Part shown: positions 41,366 to 51,475 of the stretch, in pieces
Layout of the letters: every line of letters starts with the position of its first letter
How positions within the stretch are numbered: position 1 is the first letter of the stretch
Origin: Bythopirellula sp.
GTDB lineage: Bacteria; Planctomycetota; Planctomycetia; Pirellulales; Lacipirellulaceae
DNA: 64,000 nucleotides
Assembly: GCA_965216565.1 (NCBI GenBank)
Contig: OZ244170.1
Coordinates: forward strand, 3,648,001-3,712,000
Direction of reading: 5' to 3'
Translations under genes and position numbers: made by a program
Notes under the pieces: model-generated
Seen by the model: only the letters and a program-made list of their open reading frames with translations
The model's database searches: none
What the model was told of the DNA's origin: nothing

Positions 41366-42067
41366 TCAAAGCACAGGCCGGCTCACTGGGACCACATAGG
41401 CGTCGTCAACCGGTACGGCCATGGGGACGACTTGTTCGTTCTGTTCGATAAAAAACGGTGCATAACGGCGTCGACCCCTGAGGTCCATACCGCGACGTTG
41501 CAGTTGTCGCACAAACGCGTCCGGCAACGTTCCGACAGAGGTTTCGCCCTCTTGGTCGGCGCCAGCCAGTTCAACTAATGGAACCCGCAGCCGATTTGCT
41601 TGGCCTTGATCGTCGCGGACCAAAAGCGTCACCACATCGTGATCGTCCAGTTCTGGCCTTATCGCTGGCGGTTTGTCCGCTACCTTCGGTTCAGGCACTT
41701 GCTCGATGTCACCCGCCGCCAGTTGATGCTGAAGATCCTCTGCAGTTCCTCCAGGCCGAGTCAGCCATCCAAGAGAGAAAGCAATGAGCAAACCCGCGGC
41801 CAGCGCCATAAAACTCAACACGCGGCTATCGGCTTGTCGTGCGTCGGGTCGAGTATCGGCCGGAGGCAAAGTCTTTTCTTGAATTGAGGGCCTCACGAGC
41901 GACTTCATTTCTCGTCGCCACGTTTGGTTCTCAAGAAATGCCAACGCGCAGTCGCGCCAGCCATTTTGCTGCTCGATCGATGCCAAGAGCCGTTCGCGCT
42001 CTGATGCGGAGAGCTCGTCATCTACGAGGCGATCAAGCAGAATGTGTTTCTCTTCCGATTCTTGCAT
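41366..42067 (-). CDS. Putative anti-sigma factor
   Basis: LDRLVDDELSASERERLL...WRDCALAFLE; TM helix; 3 nt from ECF sigma. Confidence 0.82.
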   Translation of the reverse strand: MQESEEKHILLDRLVDDELSASERERLLASIEQQNGWRDCALAFLENQTWRREMKSLVRPSIQEKTLPPADTRPDARQADSRVLSFMALAAGLLIAFSLGWLTRPGGTAEDLQHQLAAGDIEQVPEPKVADKPPAIRPELDDHDVVTLLVRDDQGQANRLRVPLVELAGADQEGETSVGTLPDAFVRQLQRRGMDLRGRRRYAPFFIEQNEQVVPMAVPVDDAYVVPVSRPVL

Positions 42068-42070
42068 GGT

Positions 42071-42634
42071 TTATTGTGGTGTTGAAAACTGATCGGGAGC
42101 CACCGTTGCCAACGCCCTTCTCATTTTGGCGCGAGCACGATGTAGCCGCGCTTCCACGGCACTAGCGCTGATTCCCAAGTGATCTGCCAATTCTCGATAA
42201 CTCCAATCCTCTGTATATTTCAGCATCAGCATTTCGGCATCTCGCGGGGGCAAGTGCTCGATAGCTTGTCGAACGATCTGTTGCTGTTCTCTGACAAGAA
42301 GCCAATCAAGTGGATCGGGTTCTTGAGTGAACGAATCTTCTTGGCGATCGGCATAACTTCGGATTAGCTTCTTGCGTCGTCCCACCCGTCGGCGGTACTG
42401 CAAGGCAGCGGTCACTGCAATGCGATAAAGCCAAGGGGCCAGCTTCGCAGGATCACGCAATTTCGCAGATCCTGCTATTGCCGTTGCACTGACCTCTTGA
42501 AAAACGTCCTCCACAGCCGACGCCTCCACTCCCCGGGCCAACATCACCGTCAATAGCCAACGCCGATGGGCAGACAATGCTTGCTGCCAATCGATGATTG
42601 TCTGGTCTGCGTTTGACTGGTCGGGCGAATTCAT
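42071..42634 (-). CDS. ECF RNA polymerase sigma factor
   Basis: VEDVFQEV, LAPWLYRIA, WSYRELA, VEARLHRAR. Confidence 0.92.
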   Translation of the reverse strand: MNSPDQSNADQTIIDWQQALSAHRRWLLTVMLARGVEASAVEDVFQEVSATAIAGSAKLRDPAKLAPWLYRIAVTAALQYRRRVGRRKKLIRSYADRQEDSFTQEPDPLDWLLVREQQQIVRQAIEHLPPRDAEMLMLKYTEDWSYRELADHLGISASAVEARLHRARAKMRRALATVAPDQFSTPQ

Positions 42635-42734
42635 AGGCTTGGACAATGCGACGCCGGAAAGATAGTTACCGCGGGGCTACACATCTTGCGGTTTATTTTT
42701 GAGGAATTCACTGGCGGTCGCAAATTCTTGCCAG

Positions 42735-44003
42735 CTATGCACTTTCGGCGAAGCTCTGGAGCGGAGTATCCGTCGGCGAGAATTTCAGCCAACCCCACAG
42801 CAGGACTGCTCCGGCCAGCAGAAATAGGCTGATATTCTGCGAAATGCTCAACCCCGTGCCGAATACGGCTGACTCATCGATGCGGATAATTTCCAGCAGG
42901 AATCGGGAGATCGGGTAAATCGCGAGCAGCAACCCGATCACCTGGCCATCTCGCTTGCGGAAGGGATAGAACGACCACAGGAGCCACGCGAGCAGCGCAG
43001 CATTGATTGAACTGTAGAGCTGCGTGGGATGCAGTGGCCGACTGCGTGGCGATAGACTCCCATCGAGTTCGAACGATTCGCCCGAGGCCAATGTGAGTCT
43101 CAAGGGTTGCTCTCGGCCCGAGCTTTCAAACAGCTCTTCTTGCACAACTTGCATATCGCTGGCGTCTCGGTCATTGATTTTTCGCAGCTGGGCTCCCGGC
43201 TCCATGCCTGCTAATTCTGCCGCAGAGCCACTCTCCACCGAGAGGATCGCCGGCTGATCCTGTTGCGTGACGGAAGAACCAATTTGAATTCCAAACGCGC
43301 TGCCTTGGCCGAGCTGTTCGAAGTAGGGAATGCTGTCGCGGGGAAACGTCACGCCCCAGGGGTGATCTGTCTGACCACCATAACAACAACCGTTGAGTAA
43401 ACAGCCGATCCTGCCAAACGCCAAACCGATCATCAAACTCGGTGCGACGATATCCGCAAAAGCCAACACCGGCAGCTTATTTTTGCGAGCCAACAGAACA
43501 AAGGCCAAGGTCCCACCGATGATCGAACCATAGAAGACCAAGCCACCCTCGGTAAACTTGAACACCTCAATAAGTGTTGCTTTCCAGTTTCCTTTGTCGA
43601 ACCGAGCATCCCAATACTCGATCACAAAAAACAACCTGGCACCAGCGATACCACTGATGAAAACGCCGAATGCCATCGAGATAATGACGTCCGGGTTGAG
43701 CCCCACCTGACGTGCGCGGTACAGCACCATCGCCATCGCGGCGATCGAACCCAAGAGTACCATCACACCATATCCGCGAATGGGAAGTCCCTCAGGGAAT
43801 AGCCGCGGCACGAGCAAGAATACGGCGCCGCCTAACAACCAACCTGGCAAATAACCTGCTAGTTCACTCGCAGGACGATTACTGCGAAGCAAATATATAC
43901 CAACCGCAATTCCGACGATCACCCAAATCGCCAGCAAAATGCCCATCCCAAACAATGGCATGCCATGGAGTTCGATCGGAATACGAAACAGTTCTGAACA
44001 CAT
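42735..44003 (-). CDS. lgt: Prolipoprotein diacylglyceryl transferase with PDZ-like insertion
   Basis: YGVM, GARLFFV, GGLVFYG, FGRIGCLLNGCCYG, HPTQLY, RFLLEIIR. Confidence 0.92.
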   Translation of the reverse strand: MCSELFRIPIELHGMPLFGMGILLAIWVIVGIAVGIYLLRSNRPASELAGYLPGWLLGGAVFLLVPRLFPEGLPIRGYGVMVLLGSIAAMAMVLYRARQVGLNPDVIISMAFGVFISGIAGARLFFVIEYWDARFDKGNWKATLIEVFKFTEGGLVFYGSIIGGTLAFVLLARKNKLPVLAFADIVAPSLMIGLAFGRIGCLLNGCCYGGQTDHPWGVTFPRDSIPYFEQLGQGSAFGIQIGSSVTQQDQPAILSVESGSAAELAGMEPGAQLRKINDRDASDMQVVQEELFESSGREQPLRLTLASGESFELDGSLSPRSRPLHPTQLYSSINAALLAWLLWSFYPFRKRDGQVIGLLLAIYPISRFLLEIIRIDESAVFGTGLSISQNISLFLLAGAVLLWGWLKFSPTDTPLQSFAESA

Positions 44004-44027
44004 AGAGAAAAACTTCGAGTCGCTGTG

Positions 44028-44053
44028 AGCCGGAGGCAAGTGTGCCTCCGGCT
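44028..44053. repeat. REP-like palindrome AGCCGGAGGCA-AGTG-TGCCTCCGGCT
   Basis: Perfect 11-bp stem; second copy at 48666-48690. Confidence 0.75.
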
Positions 44054-44066
44054 AGGACATCCCAAT

Positions 44067-44933
44067 CTAGGGCATCCCAATCGTGTGGTTATCGATCAAT
44101 CGAGCTGGCCCGACCCTTGCAGCCAACGCCACGGTCGTCGGCCCCTCGATTGTTTCCACCTCGGTCATGGTTCCGTCCTTCAGAAAGGCAATGTAGTCGA
44201 TCTGGCCGATGCCCGACGATGCCAATTGCTCTCGCATTTGCTGCTCCAACACAGCGCAGTTTTGTTCGCCCGCGGCATGCTGCTGCTCAGCTAGCTCAAG
44301 AGATTTCCACAAAGCGGTTGCTTGCTGGCGCTCTCCTGCATCTAAATAGGAGTTTCGCGAACTCATCGCCAGCCCATCCGACTCGCGCACAATTGGGCAT
44401 ACCTTGATTTCCACGGGCAGATGAAAATCTTCTACCAATTTGCGGATCACCAGCGACTGCTGATAATCCTTTCGGCCAAAATACGCGAAGTCGGCCGGCA
44501 CAAGCTGAAACAACTTCATTACCACAGTCGCTACGCCTCGAAAGTGCGACGTGCGAATCGAGCCTTCAAAGGGCTCAGCGATCCTACCTACATCAATGTA
44601 GGAATCGAATCCTGCCGGATAGATCTCTTCGACAGCAGGCACAAAGGCCACCCAGACTCCACGCTCGGAGAGAAGCTGAATATCTTTCTCCAAGGGCCGC
44701 GGGTAATGCTCAATATCCTCTCCTGGCCCGAACTGCGTGGGATTTACAAATATGCTGACGACCGTCCGGTCACACTCAGCGATCGATGCCTCAACCAGGC
44801 TGAGGTGCCCTTCGTGCAGCGCACCCATAGTCGGCACGAAACCAATCGTGTCTCCCGAAGCCTTAGCTTCCCGAACAGTAGTTTGCACCTCGTGCGGAGA
44901 ACTTAACTGCCGAATGATTTGCGCGTCGATCAT
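44067..44933 (-). CDS. panC: Pantoate--beta-alanine ligase
   Basis: VPTMGALHEGH, SIFVNPTQF, FGRKDYQQ, GLAMSSRN, RLIDN. Confidence 0.97.
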   Translation of the reverse strand: MIDAQIIRQLSSPHEVQTTVREAKASGDTIGFVPTMGALHEGHLSLVEASIAECDRTVVSIFVNPTQFGPGEDIEHYPRPLEKDIQLLSERGVWVAFVPAVEEIYPAGFDSYIDVGRIAEPFEGSIRTSHFRGVATVVMKLFQLVPADFAYFGRKDYQQSLVIRKLVEDFHLPVEIKVCPIVRESDGLAMSSRNSYLDAGERQQATALWKSLELAEQQHAAGEQNCAVLEQQMREQLASSGIGQIDYIAFLKDGTMTEVETIEGPTTVALAARVGPARLIDNHTIGMP

Positions 44934-44956
44934 AAATATTTGTTAGGGCATGAATG

Positions 44957-45817
44957 TTAATCGAGGTCTTTAGATTGGGGAGGTGCCGCTGTGAATTCAG
45001 GCCATGCAGCTTGGATGGCAGCCAATACTTCAGGCATCACCGCCTCAGCACTCGGTCCCCCGACAATCGCTAGCGGCCCATTCCAGGAAATTCTATCCCG
45101 CACCTGACATTCATCTTCCAACTGCCCCCGGGAATTGCAATCCCAGGCGACCACCACACCCACATCCGATCCCGCAGTGCAGCGTTGATTTTCGTGTCTT
45201 TGATGCCAGGTCGTGGTAATTTCCAATTCCTCATGCTCCGGCGAGAACGCACTCGTATCTAGGGACAGTTCGTCTTGGAAACGGCTCTTGAGAATCGAAG
45301 ATAATTCCTCGGCTGGCGTGCCATCACTGGCAACTACGGCCACCACTGGCGGTGCCTGCCGGAGATGGCTGGCCAATTGGAAGAGGGTCCATCCGCTCAA
45401 GGGATGAACCATGGCACCAGCAATTTCACAAGCAGGTTCCAAAACAAACCGCCGAAATGTCATTCGAGGATGCGGCACTGTAAGAGAATCGCTGGAAACT
45501 ATCTGGCTGTCGTAAAGCAATAAATCGACATCTATCAACCGCGCATCCCAACGCACGCGACGCTCGCGACCCATGCGAGCCTCTAGGTTGTGCATCTCAT
45601 GGGACAATTCGAGAGGCTGAAGGCGGGTTTCTAGGAGCACGCTCGCATTGAGAAATCCATCCTGCCCAGCAGGGCCACCGACTGGATTGGTGCTGTACCA
45701 CGCGCTCCGCGCCAGCTGATTGGTGCCCGGGAAAAGCGAAATCCCTTTCACCGCCTGGTAGAGATTCTCAGACGGGCACCCCAAATTCGACCCTAGTGCT
45801 AGCAATGCCCGAGCCAT
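44957..45817 (-). CDS. folK: 6-hydroxymethyl-7,8-dihydropterin pyrophosphokinase with C-terminal extension
   Basis: LALGSNLG, FLNA, RWDARLIDVDLLLY, PHPRMTFRRFVLEP. Confidence 0.92.
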   Translation of the reverse strand: MARALLALGSNLGCPSENLYQAVKGISLFPGTNQLARSAWYSTNPVGGPAGQDGFLNASVLLETRLQPLELSHEMHNLEARMGRERRVRWDARLIDVDLLLYDSQIVSSDSLTVPHPRMTFRRFVLEPACEIAGAMVHPLSGWTLFQLASHLRQAPPVVAVVASDGTPAEELSSILKSRFQDELSLDTSAFSPEHEELEITTTWHQRHENQRCTAGSDVGVVVAWDCNSRGQLEDECQVRDRISWNGPLAIVGGPSAEAVMPEVLAAIQAAWPEFTAAPPQSKDLD

Positions 45818-46671
45818 AAATTCCAATCAGTCACGACGTCAAAAAATTTGCCATTACTTTTCTCGCCAGAGACCGAGTAGTCAAGACTGCGAGTCTCGGT
45901 AAGATATGCAATATAGCGACTGGGTACAAAAAAAGGAGTTCAAGACGTCTTGCCTTGAACTCCCTTCGTAAGCATCCGTGCCATCAAATGGGGAGGGGCA
46001 TCCAGTCCTCAACAGAAAGCATGCTTCCTGCGCCGACGGGCGTTCCCTACTTTGTCGCCCCCCATAAGTTGAACAGCAATGGCTCGCTAAAATCGTTTAT
46101 TACAGCAGTTCTCAAGTTCGTTTCGACATTCGCAGACGGTTCGGAAGTTATCGTGCAGAAGGTAGACATACTTCAATGAAACAACGCAGGAATATCGGAG
46201 ACCTCTCATTCCATAGAGAATCTCGGGCAATAGCACTAACGCCAAACAACGAAAACTGCAGACTATCGCAATGAGGATCATCGGAGCGCAATCTTAGCGC
46301 TGAAAGTCGTGCCAGTTCTTTACCAAGTCCCACCAGTTGCGACCGCCTGGGCCCCAACACAAAAGCAATCGAGGTAATGCCAATCGAGGTAAACAAGACG
46401 AGCAGTCGGAGGCACTGCTCAGGTTTGAGGTCTTCAAATACTAAAAGGTTCCATCAACAGGAGGCGATTTTTGCCGCTCTCGGCACATATGTCAACCATC
46501 GATTTTAATTTTCCGTGTCGAGAAAAGTTACCGAAAAAACAAAATCGACTTGACAAAGTTATTCTAAACAGAATTCCGCTTCGTCCACTTATCTGAATCC
46601 GATTCTGTCGTTTACGATGCGATGTTCTGCTGACCATTTGTTACCACACTGAGACACAATTCCACTTGCCG

Positions 46672-48594
46672 ATGACTACTTCCCAATCGAAAAACAAACC
46701 GGTGCGGATTGCGGCCTTCGAGAGTCGCCGTATGGCCGAAATGGAAAAACTGATTGAGCGCACCGGCGCGGTTCCTTTCGTCAGCCCTTCGATGCGCGAA
46801 GTCATCGTGGAAGAAGATCGTCCCGCCATTGATTTTTGCAATCGATTGATCACCGGGCAAATTGATGTAGCTATTTTTCTCACCGGCGTAGGAGTGACCA
46901 AGTTTTTCGAACGCATCCAGCGACACGTACCGCGTCAACGTGTGCTGGATACTCTTGCCGATATCCAAACCGTAGTTCGTGGCCCCAAACCCTTGGCCGC
47001 GGTCAAAGCAATCGGGATTACTCCCTCGCTACGTGTACCGCCACCAAACACCTGGCGTGAAATTCTTTCTACGCTCGATGCGCAGCTACCCGTTGCGAAC
47101 CAAGTCGTGGGGGTACTCGAGTACGGAGTACCTAACGTCAGTCTGAATGCTGGGCTCGAAGCTCGCGGTGCCACGGTGGAATCGGTATCGATCTATCGTT
47201 GGGATTTGCCCGAAGACATCGAGCCATTGAAAGCTAACGTTCGACGAATCATCGCCGGGGAAATCGATCTGGCGATGTTCACCTCTGCCCAACAAGTGGT
47301 GCACTTACTGAAGATCGCAGGACAACTCCAGCAAGAAGAAGAACTGCGCCAAGCGTTGACCAAAATCGCAATCGCATCCATCGGTCCGACGACTAGCGAA
47401 ATGTTGCGATCGCAAGGACTCTCCGTCGACTTCGAACCCTCCGTTGCAAAAATGGGACACCTCATTAAGGAAGCGACGTCACAAGCGGAGCAACTACAAA
47501 AACGCAAACAACAATTGGCAGCGCAGCTTGTTCTCACCAAGGAGAGCTCGACTGACGGACAATGGGACGACACGCCGTTCATGCGAGCCTGCCGTGGACT
47601 ACCGACACCGTACACGCCCACGTGGCTGATGCGGCAAGCCGGTCGTTACATGGCCGAATATCGCGCCGTGCGAGAGAAGACCTCCTTTCTCGAGTTGTGC
47701 GAAAACCCTCAGCTTTGTAGCGAGGTGATGTGTACAGCTGTTGATAAACTAGGAGTCGACGCGGCGATTATCTTCTCCGACCTGCTCCCTATCCTGCAGC
47801 CGATGGGACTAGACCTGGAATTCGTGGCTGGCGACGGCCCACGTATCAACAACCCGGTTCGTTCAGCCGATGACGTAGGCCGTGTGAAAGAGCTGGAAAA
47901 TGTCGATGCCCTGCACTATGTCGTCGAAACCGTCTCGCAAACCCGCAAGGACTTACCGGCAGATATCCCACTGATCGGATTTGCCGGAGCGCCGTTTACT
48001 TTGGCAAGCTATGCGATTGAAGGTGGCGGCAGCAAGAGCTACCTCCACACCAAGACGCTCATGTATCGTGAACCTGCCGCTTGGAACGATTTAATGCAAC
48101 GGCTCTCGCATTCGATCACGATCTACCTGAATGCTCAGATCGCCGCCGGTGCCCAAGTCGTGCAGCTCTTCGATAGCTGGGTCGGCTGCCTCGCCGTGGA
48201 AGACTACCGCACCTTTGTGATGCCGCATGTGGCCAGCATCATTGGCAATCTGTCGCCCGGAACGCCGGTAATTCACTTCGGCACGGGCAACCCCGCCCTG
48301 TTGGGTTCTATGACCGAAGCCGGTGGCGACGTCATTGGCATCGATTGGCGCATCAATCTTGCTAGCGCCTGGCAAACGGTTGGCACCGATCGCGCTGTCC
48401 AAGGCAATCTCGAGCCGCTTGTGCTGCTCGCGGACCAGGAGACGATCGCAAGCCGCGCGCAAGACGTGCTCGACGCCGCCGCAAATCGGCCCGGGCATAT
48501 TTTCAATCTCGGGCACGGCGTGCTGCCACAGACGCCCGTTGAAAACGCACGGTTCTTGGTCGATTACGTACGCCAAGCCAGTGCTCGACAATAA
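46672..48594 (+). CDS. hemE: Fused uroporphyrinogen-III synthase (HemD-like) / uroporphyrinogen decarboxylase
   Basis: N-terminal FLTGVG, RGPKP, YRW, FTSA, ASIGPTT; C-terminal WLMRQAGRY, IFSDLL, GAPFTLASY, IFNLGHG. Confidence 0.93.
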   Translation: MTTSQSKNKPVRIAAFESRRMAEMEKLIERTGAVPFVSPSMREVIVEEDRPAIDFCNRLITGQIDVAIFLTGVGVTKFFERIQRHVPRQRVLDTLADIQTVVRGPKPLAAVKAIGITPSLRVPPPNTWREILSTLDAQLPVANQVVGVLEYGVPNVSLNAGLEARGATVESVSIYRWDLPEDIEPLKANVRRIIAGEIDLAMFTSAQQVVHLLKIAGQLQQEEELRQALTKIAIASIGPTTSEMLRSQGLSVDFEPSVAKMGHLIKEATSQAEQLQKRKQQLAAQLVLTKESSTDGQWDDTPFMRACRGLPTPYTPTWLMRQAGRYMAEYRAVREKTSFLELCENPQLCSEVMCTAVDKLGVDAAIIFSDLLPILQPMGLDLEFVAGDGPRINNPVRSADDVGRVKELENVDALHYVVETVSQTRKDLPADIPLIGFAGAPFTLASYAIEGGGSKSYLHTKTLMYREPAAWNDLMQRLSHSITIYLNAQIAAGAQVVQLFDSWVGCLAVEDYRTFVMPHVASIIGNLSPGTPVIHFGTGNPALLGSMTEAGGDVIGIDWRINLASAWQTVGTDRAVQGNLEPLVLLADQETIASRAQDVLDAAANRPGHIFNLGHGVLPQTPVENARFLVDYVRQASARQ

Positions 48595-48665
48595 ACGGCA
48601 TCGCAGCTTTTAACCTATGCCCAACCGCCACTGTCGACCCGTCGCGGTGGGCGGACCGAGGCACT

Positions 48666-48690
48666 CCGGAGGCAGGTGTGCCTCCGGCTA
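48666..48690. repeat. REP-like palindrome CCGGAGGCA-GGTG-TGCCTCCGG
   Basis: Near-identical to 44028-44053; lies between convergent genes. Confidence 0.75.
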
Positions 48691-48716
48691 TTTGACAAGC
48701 AGAGTGAGCTGTCAGA

Positions 48717-48959
48717 TTAAGCCGAGGGGCGACGGAAGTACTGATATGCTAGCAGCACTTCGTACAGGTCCGTGGAGACGGTGATATCATCGTCTTCGAA
48801 GTCGCTCAGCCAGGTACGCTGGCTATTCACAGCGTCGGCCAACAGCGGAAGAATTTCACCGGCCGAGACGGTAATGCAGCTTTGGCCCGACTCGTTCTTG
48901 GAGATCGTCGGAGCTTCTGTTTGCTCGGGACCACAGTACAATTTCAGATTATGAGGCAT
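48717..48959 (-). CDS. Small hypothetical protein
   Basis: 80-aa ORF with RBS-like GGAAGGAA. Confidence 0.7.
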   Translation of the reverse strand: MPHNLKLYCGPEQTEAPTISKNESGQSCITVSAGEILPLLADAVNSQRTWLSDFEDDDITVSTDLYEVLLAYQYFRRPSA

Positions 48960-49388
48960 GTCGAGGGTTCCTTCCCATCGATAGTGGATTTTCTTAACAA
49001 CTACTCAACCGCGCACTACAGCACAGCAAGACCATGCCCCCATCTTTGAAAGTTATCGGCAGCACCGGCTGTGGGCATTAAACCTATTCGCCAGCTATTT
49101 CCGTTTTTTCCGGCAAAGGTGCTAGCACCAGCGGTGCTGAGAAAGGAAGGAGATGGGTTTCCGCAGCTTCGTTGCAGGATGGTTTCGATAGGCCCCTCGA
49201 TTCGATGGATTCAGATCAGAAGAACGATGGGCTGCTGAGTCGATTTGGCCCAACCACGGCCCGCCAACATCGGTGCAAGTCTGCACGCTGTAAACGCCAT
49301 CCCCAATATCCCCATTCATCCCCGCATCTCCTTCCCTTAGTCCACCCGCAGGGCTTGCATCGCTAGCTGACCGCGATACGGTAGAGGC

Positions 49389-49871
49389 ATGGATTTCAAG
49401 CAACGACTACAACGTGCCACCGAGCGTGGCCAGCAGGCCCGCGACGAAGAGGCCCGCAAGGCGGCTGAGGCGGCCCTTTCCGAAGAGGAATGGCGACGTC
49501 TGCACTCCGACTATCGCCTGACGCTCACCGAACATATCGAAAAGTGCCTCAAGCAATTGGGCGAAAACTTTCCCGGCTTCAACTACGAGACCGTCGTCGA
49601 AGACAAGGGCTGGGGCGGAGCCGTGCGACGGGACGACCTCTCCCTCAAGGCCGGCAAGCGCGAAAATCTGTTCAGCCGCCTCACCATGACCGTTAGCCCG
49701 CACAGCGACTACCATGTGCTGGAGCTGCAGGCCAAAGGCACGGTCCGCAACAAAGAGAACTTCAGCCGCAACCACTACCAACTGCTCAAGGAAGCCGATC
49801 TCGATAGCTTCACGCAGTTAGTCGAACAATGGACGCTCGATTACGCCGAGCACTATGCAGCAGGAAGTTAA
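49389..49871 (+). CDS. Hypothetical protein
   Basis: 160-aa ORF with GC3-biased codons. Confidence 0.8.
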   Translation: MDFKQRLQRATERGQQARDEEARKAAEAALSEEEWRRLHSDYRLTLTEHIEKCLKQLGENFPGFNYETVVEDKGWGGAVRRDDLSLKAGKRENLFSRLTMTVSPHSDYHVLELQAKGTVRNKENFSRNHYQLLKEADLDSFTQLVEQWTLDYAEHYAAGS

Positions 49872-49921
49872 AAAAGTTTGAGGGAAGAACTCATGAAGCT
49901 TGAGCTTTCAACTTCAAACTT

Positions 49922-50836
49922 CTAACTTTCCTCAGCCAGGGCCAAACTACGCAGCGCGTCGAGGCAGCTCACCACCGACTCCGGCTTGGTCTCTTGCCAG
50001 CCTTCGCGTCGATGGGCGATGATCGCCAGCTTGAACGACTCGAAGGCCTCCGCCAAATCGTCGGGCAATTCGTCAACATCGATGTTCAGCGGAACTCGCC
50101 GCTCTTGCGCTGGCTTGGTTGCTGTAGCCTCGTCGGCGTCTTCACCGCCGGCATCATGAGAATCGGCCGCAGTGATCTCCGCCGCTTGCGGCTTGGCGGT
50201 CTGGCTCTGAGTTTCAGATGACTGCTCCGCTTTCGGCGTACTAGAGGCTTCGCCTGCTTCCGCTGTGGAAGACGACTGGATAGCATCTGCCGGGGCACTC
50301 GACCCCTCAACCTCATGTACCGCAGCCAGCTCAGCCTGCTGCTCCTCCGGCGGCGTGCCGAGGGTCTCCCAGCGTTTGCCCCGCATTTGCGAGATCGACC
50401 ATTCGTTGCGAATGGATCCCTCGAGCCACATCTCCGCATCGTCCCAATCCAGGGCGGCTTGGAAATGGCTCCAAAAGAGCCCTTCGTACTGATCGTACTC
50501 CTCACCAAAACGCTGGAAAACGCGACGCAGGCGGCCCACGTGCTGGCTAGTGACACCCCCCACGAGTTGGGCCCACGCCTCGTCGGAATATTCCGAGACG
50601 GCAACGCCACTGGTCATCAGCGACTCGCGCCATTCGCAGATGATGCGGCCCTTTTCCCAGTTGGTGGTGCTGACAAGCCGATTCCACTGCCCGACAAACT
50701 TTTCGGCAGCGGCGTCATCGGCAACGACGTCATCCGACTTGGAGGAATCTACTTGTTCGTCGGTTGGCGTTTCTTCGATGGTCGCTGTCGTGGTTGAGTC
50801 TTTCGCCTTGGGGGCACGTCGCTTCTTTTTCGCCAT
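49922..50836 (-). CDS. Hypothetical acidic protein
   Basis: 304-aa ORF, Trp-rich conserved-looking core, RBS AGGAG. Confidence 0.8.
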   Translation of the reverse strand: MAKKKRRAPKAKDSTTTATIEETPTDEQVDSSKSDDVVADDAAAEKFVGQWNRLVSTTNWEKGRIICEWRESLMTSGVAVSEYSDEAWAQLVGGVTSQHVGRLRRVFQRFGEEYDQYEGLFWSHFQAALDWDDAEMWLEGSIRNEWSISQMRGKRWETLGTPPEEQQAELAAVHEVEGSSAPADAIQSSSTAEAGEASSTPKAEQSSETQSQTAKPQAAEITAADSHDAGGEDADEATATKPAQERRVPLNIDVDELPDDLAEAFESFKLAIIAHRREGWQETKPESVVSCLDALRSLALAEES

Positions 50837-51117
50837 CTTGCGGCTCCTTGCCTAGCCAGAGTTTGTATCGTCTGAAGAAGTTGCCAGGGCTGTCCAAATG
50901 ATCAACCAAGGCAGGGCCTAGACTGTAGCAGTGGCGCACTGTCATCGCTAGCATTTTCGAAAGCCAACTGACAAGAAACTCGCCAAAGAATTTGCCGGTG
51001 ACTCGCGCAATCGTTACATGCAGCACGATTCGCGATTGGATGGCGAGGCGATGAGGCTTCGAACCAGGTCTGCGGAGTCGGCAAGTGGTGGATAACCTGT
51101 CGATCTCCGACAGCCGC

Positions 51118-51330
51118 TTACCCGCCGGCGCGTTCGTCGGAGTCGAATTCGCAGTTCTTATGGGCACCGTCGCAGAACGGACGATTGGCCGAAGCACCGC
51201 AGCGACACAGGGCAATCGCAGGTTTGTCGGGACTTATCTCAAACTCATTGCCGTCTGAATCGGTCAGTGTGAAAGGACCCTCAACAACAAACGGGCCATG
51301 GGGACGCATGCGAATTTTGACTTCTGCCAT
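51118..51330 (-). CDS. CDGSH iron-sulfur domain protein
   Basis: LCRCGASANRPFCDGAH motif. Confidence 0.92.
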   Translation of the reverse strand: MAEVKIRMRPHGPFVVEGPFTLTDSDGNEFEISPDKPAIALCRCGASANRPFCDGAHKNCEFDSDERAGG

Positions 51331-51475
51331 CGATTCAATCACCTTTCAAAGAATGAGATAAAACCTGAATGAGCGAAGTATATCCGAACCATGTATTGCC
51401 GAATAGTTTCAAGTTTAGGAGATGGGGGGAGATTCGAGATAAGTAGGGATGGCGTAAGAAACGCCACTACTACCA

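Noticed and set aside
42639..42669. ECF-like promoter GTAACT...TGTCCAA before the sigma at 42634
   Set aside because: Spacer is 18 nt versus 16 in the other candidates; too weak to call
49026..49038. Sigma-54-like GGCATGGTCTTGC upstream of the 80-aa gene
   Set aside because: GGCA-to-TTGC spacing is one base short of the strict -24/-12 requirement
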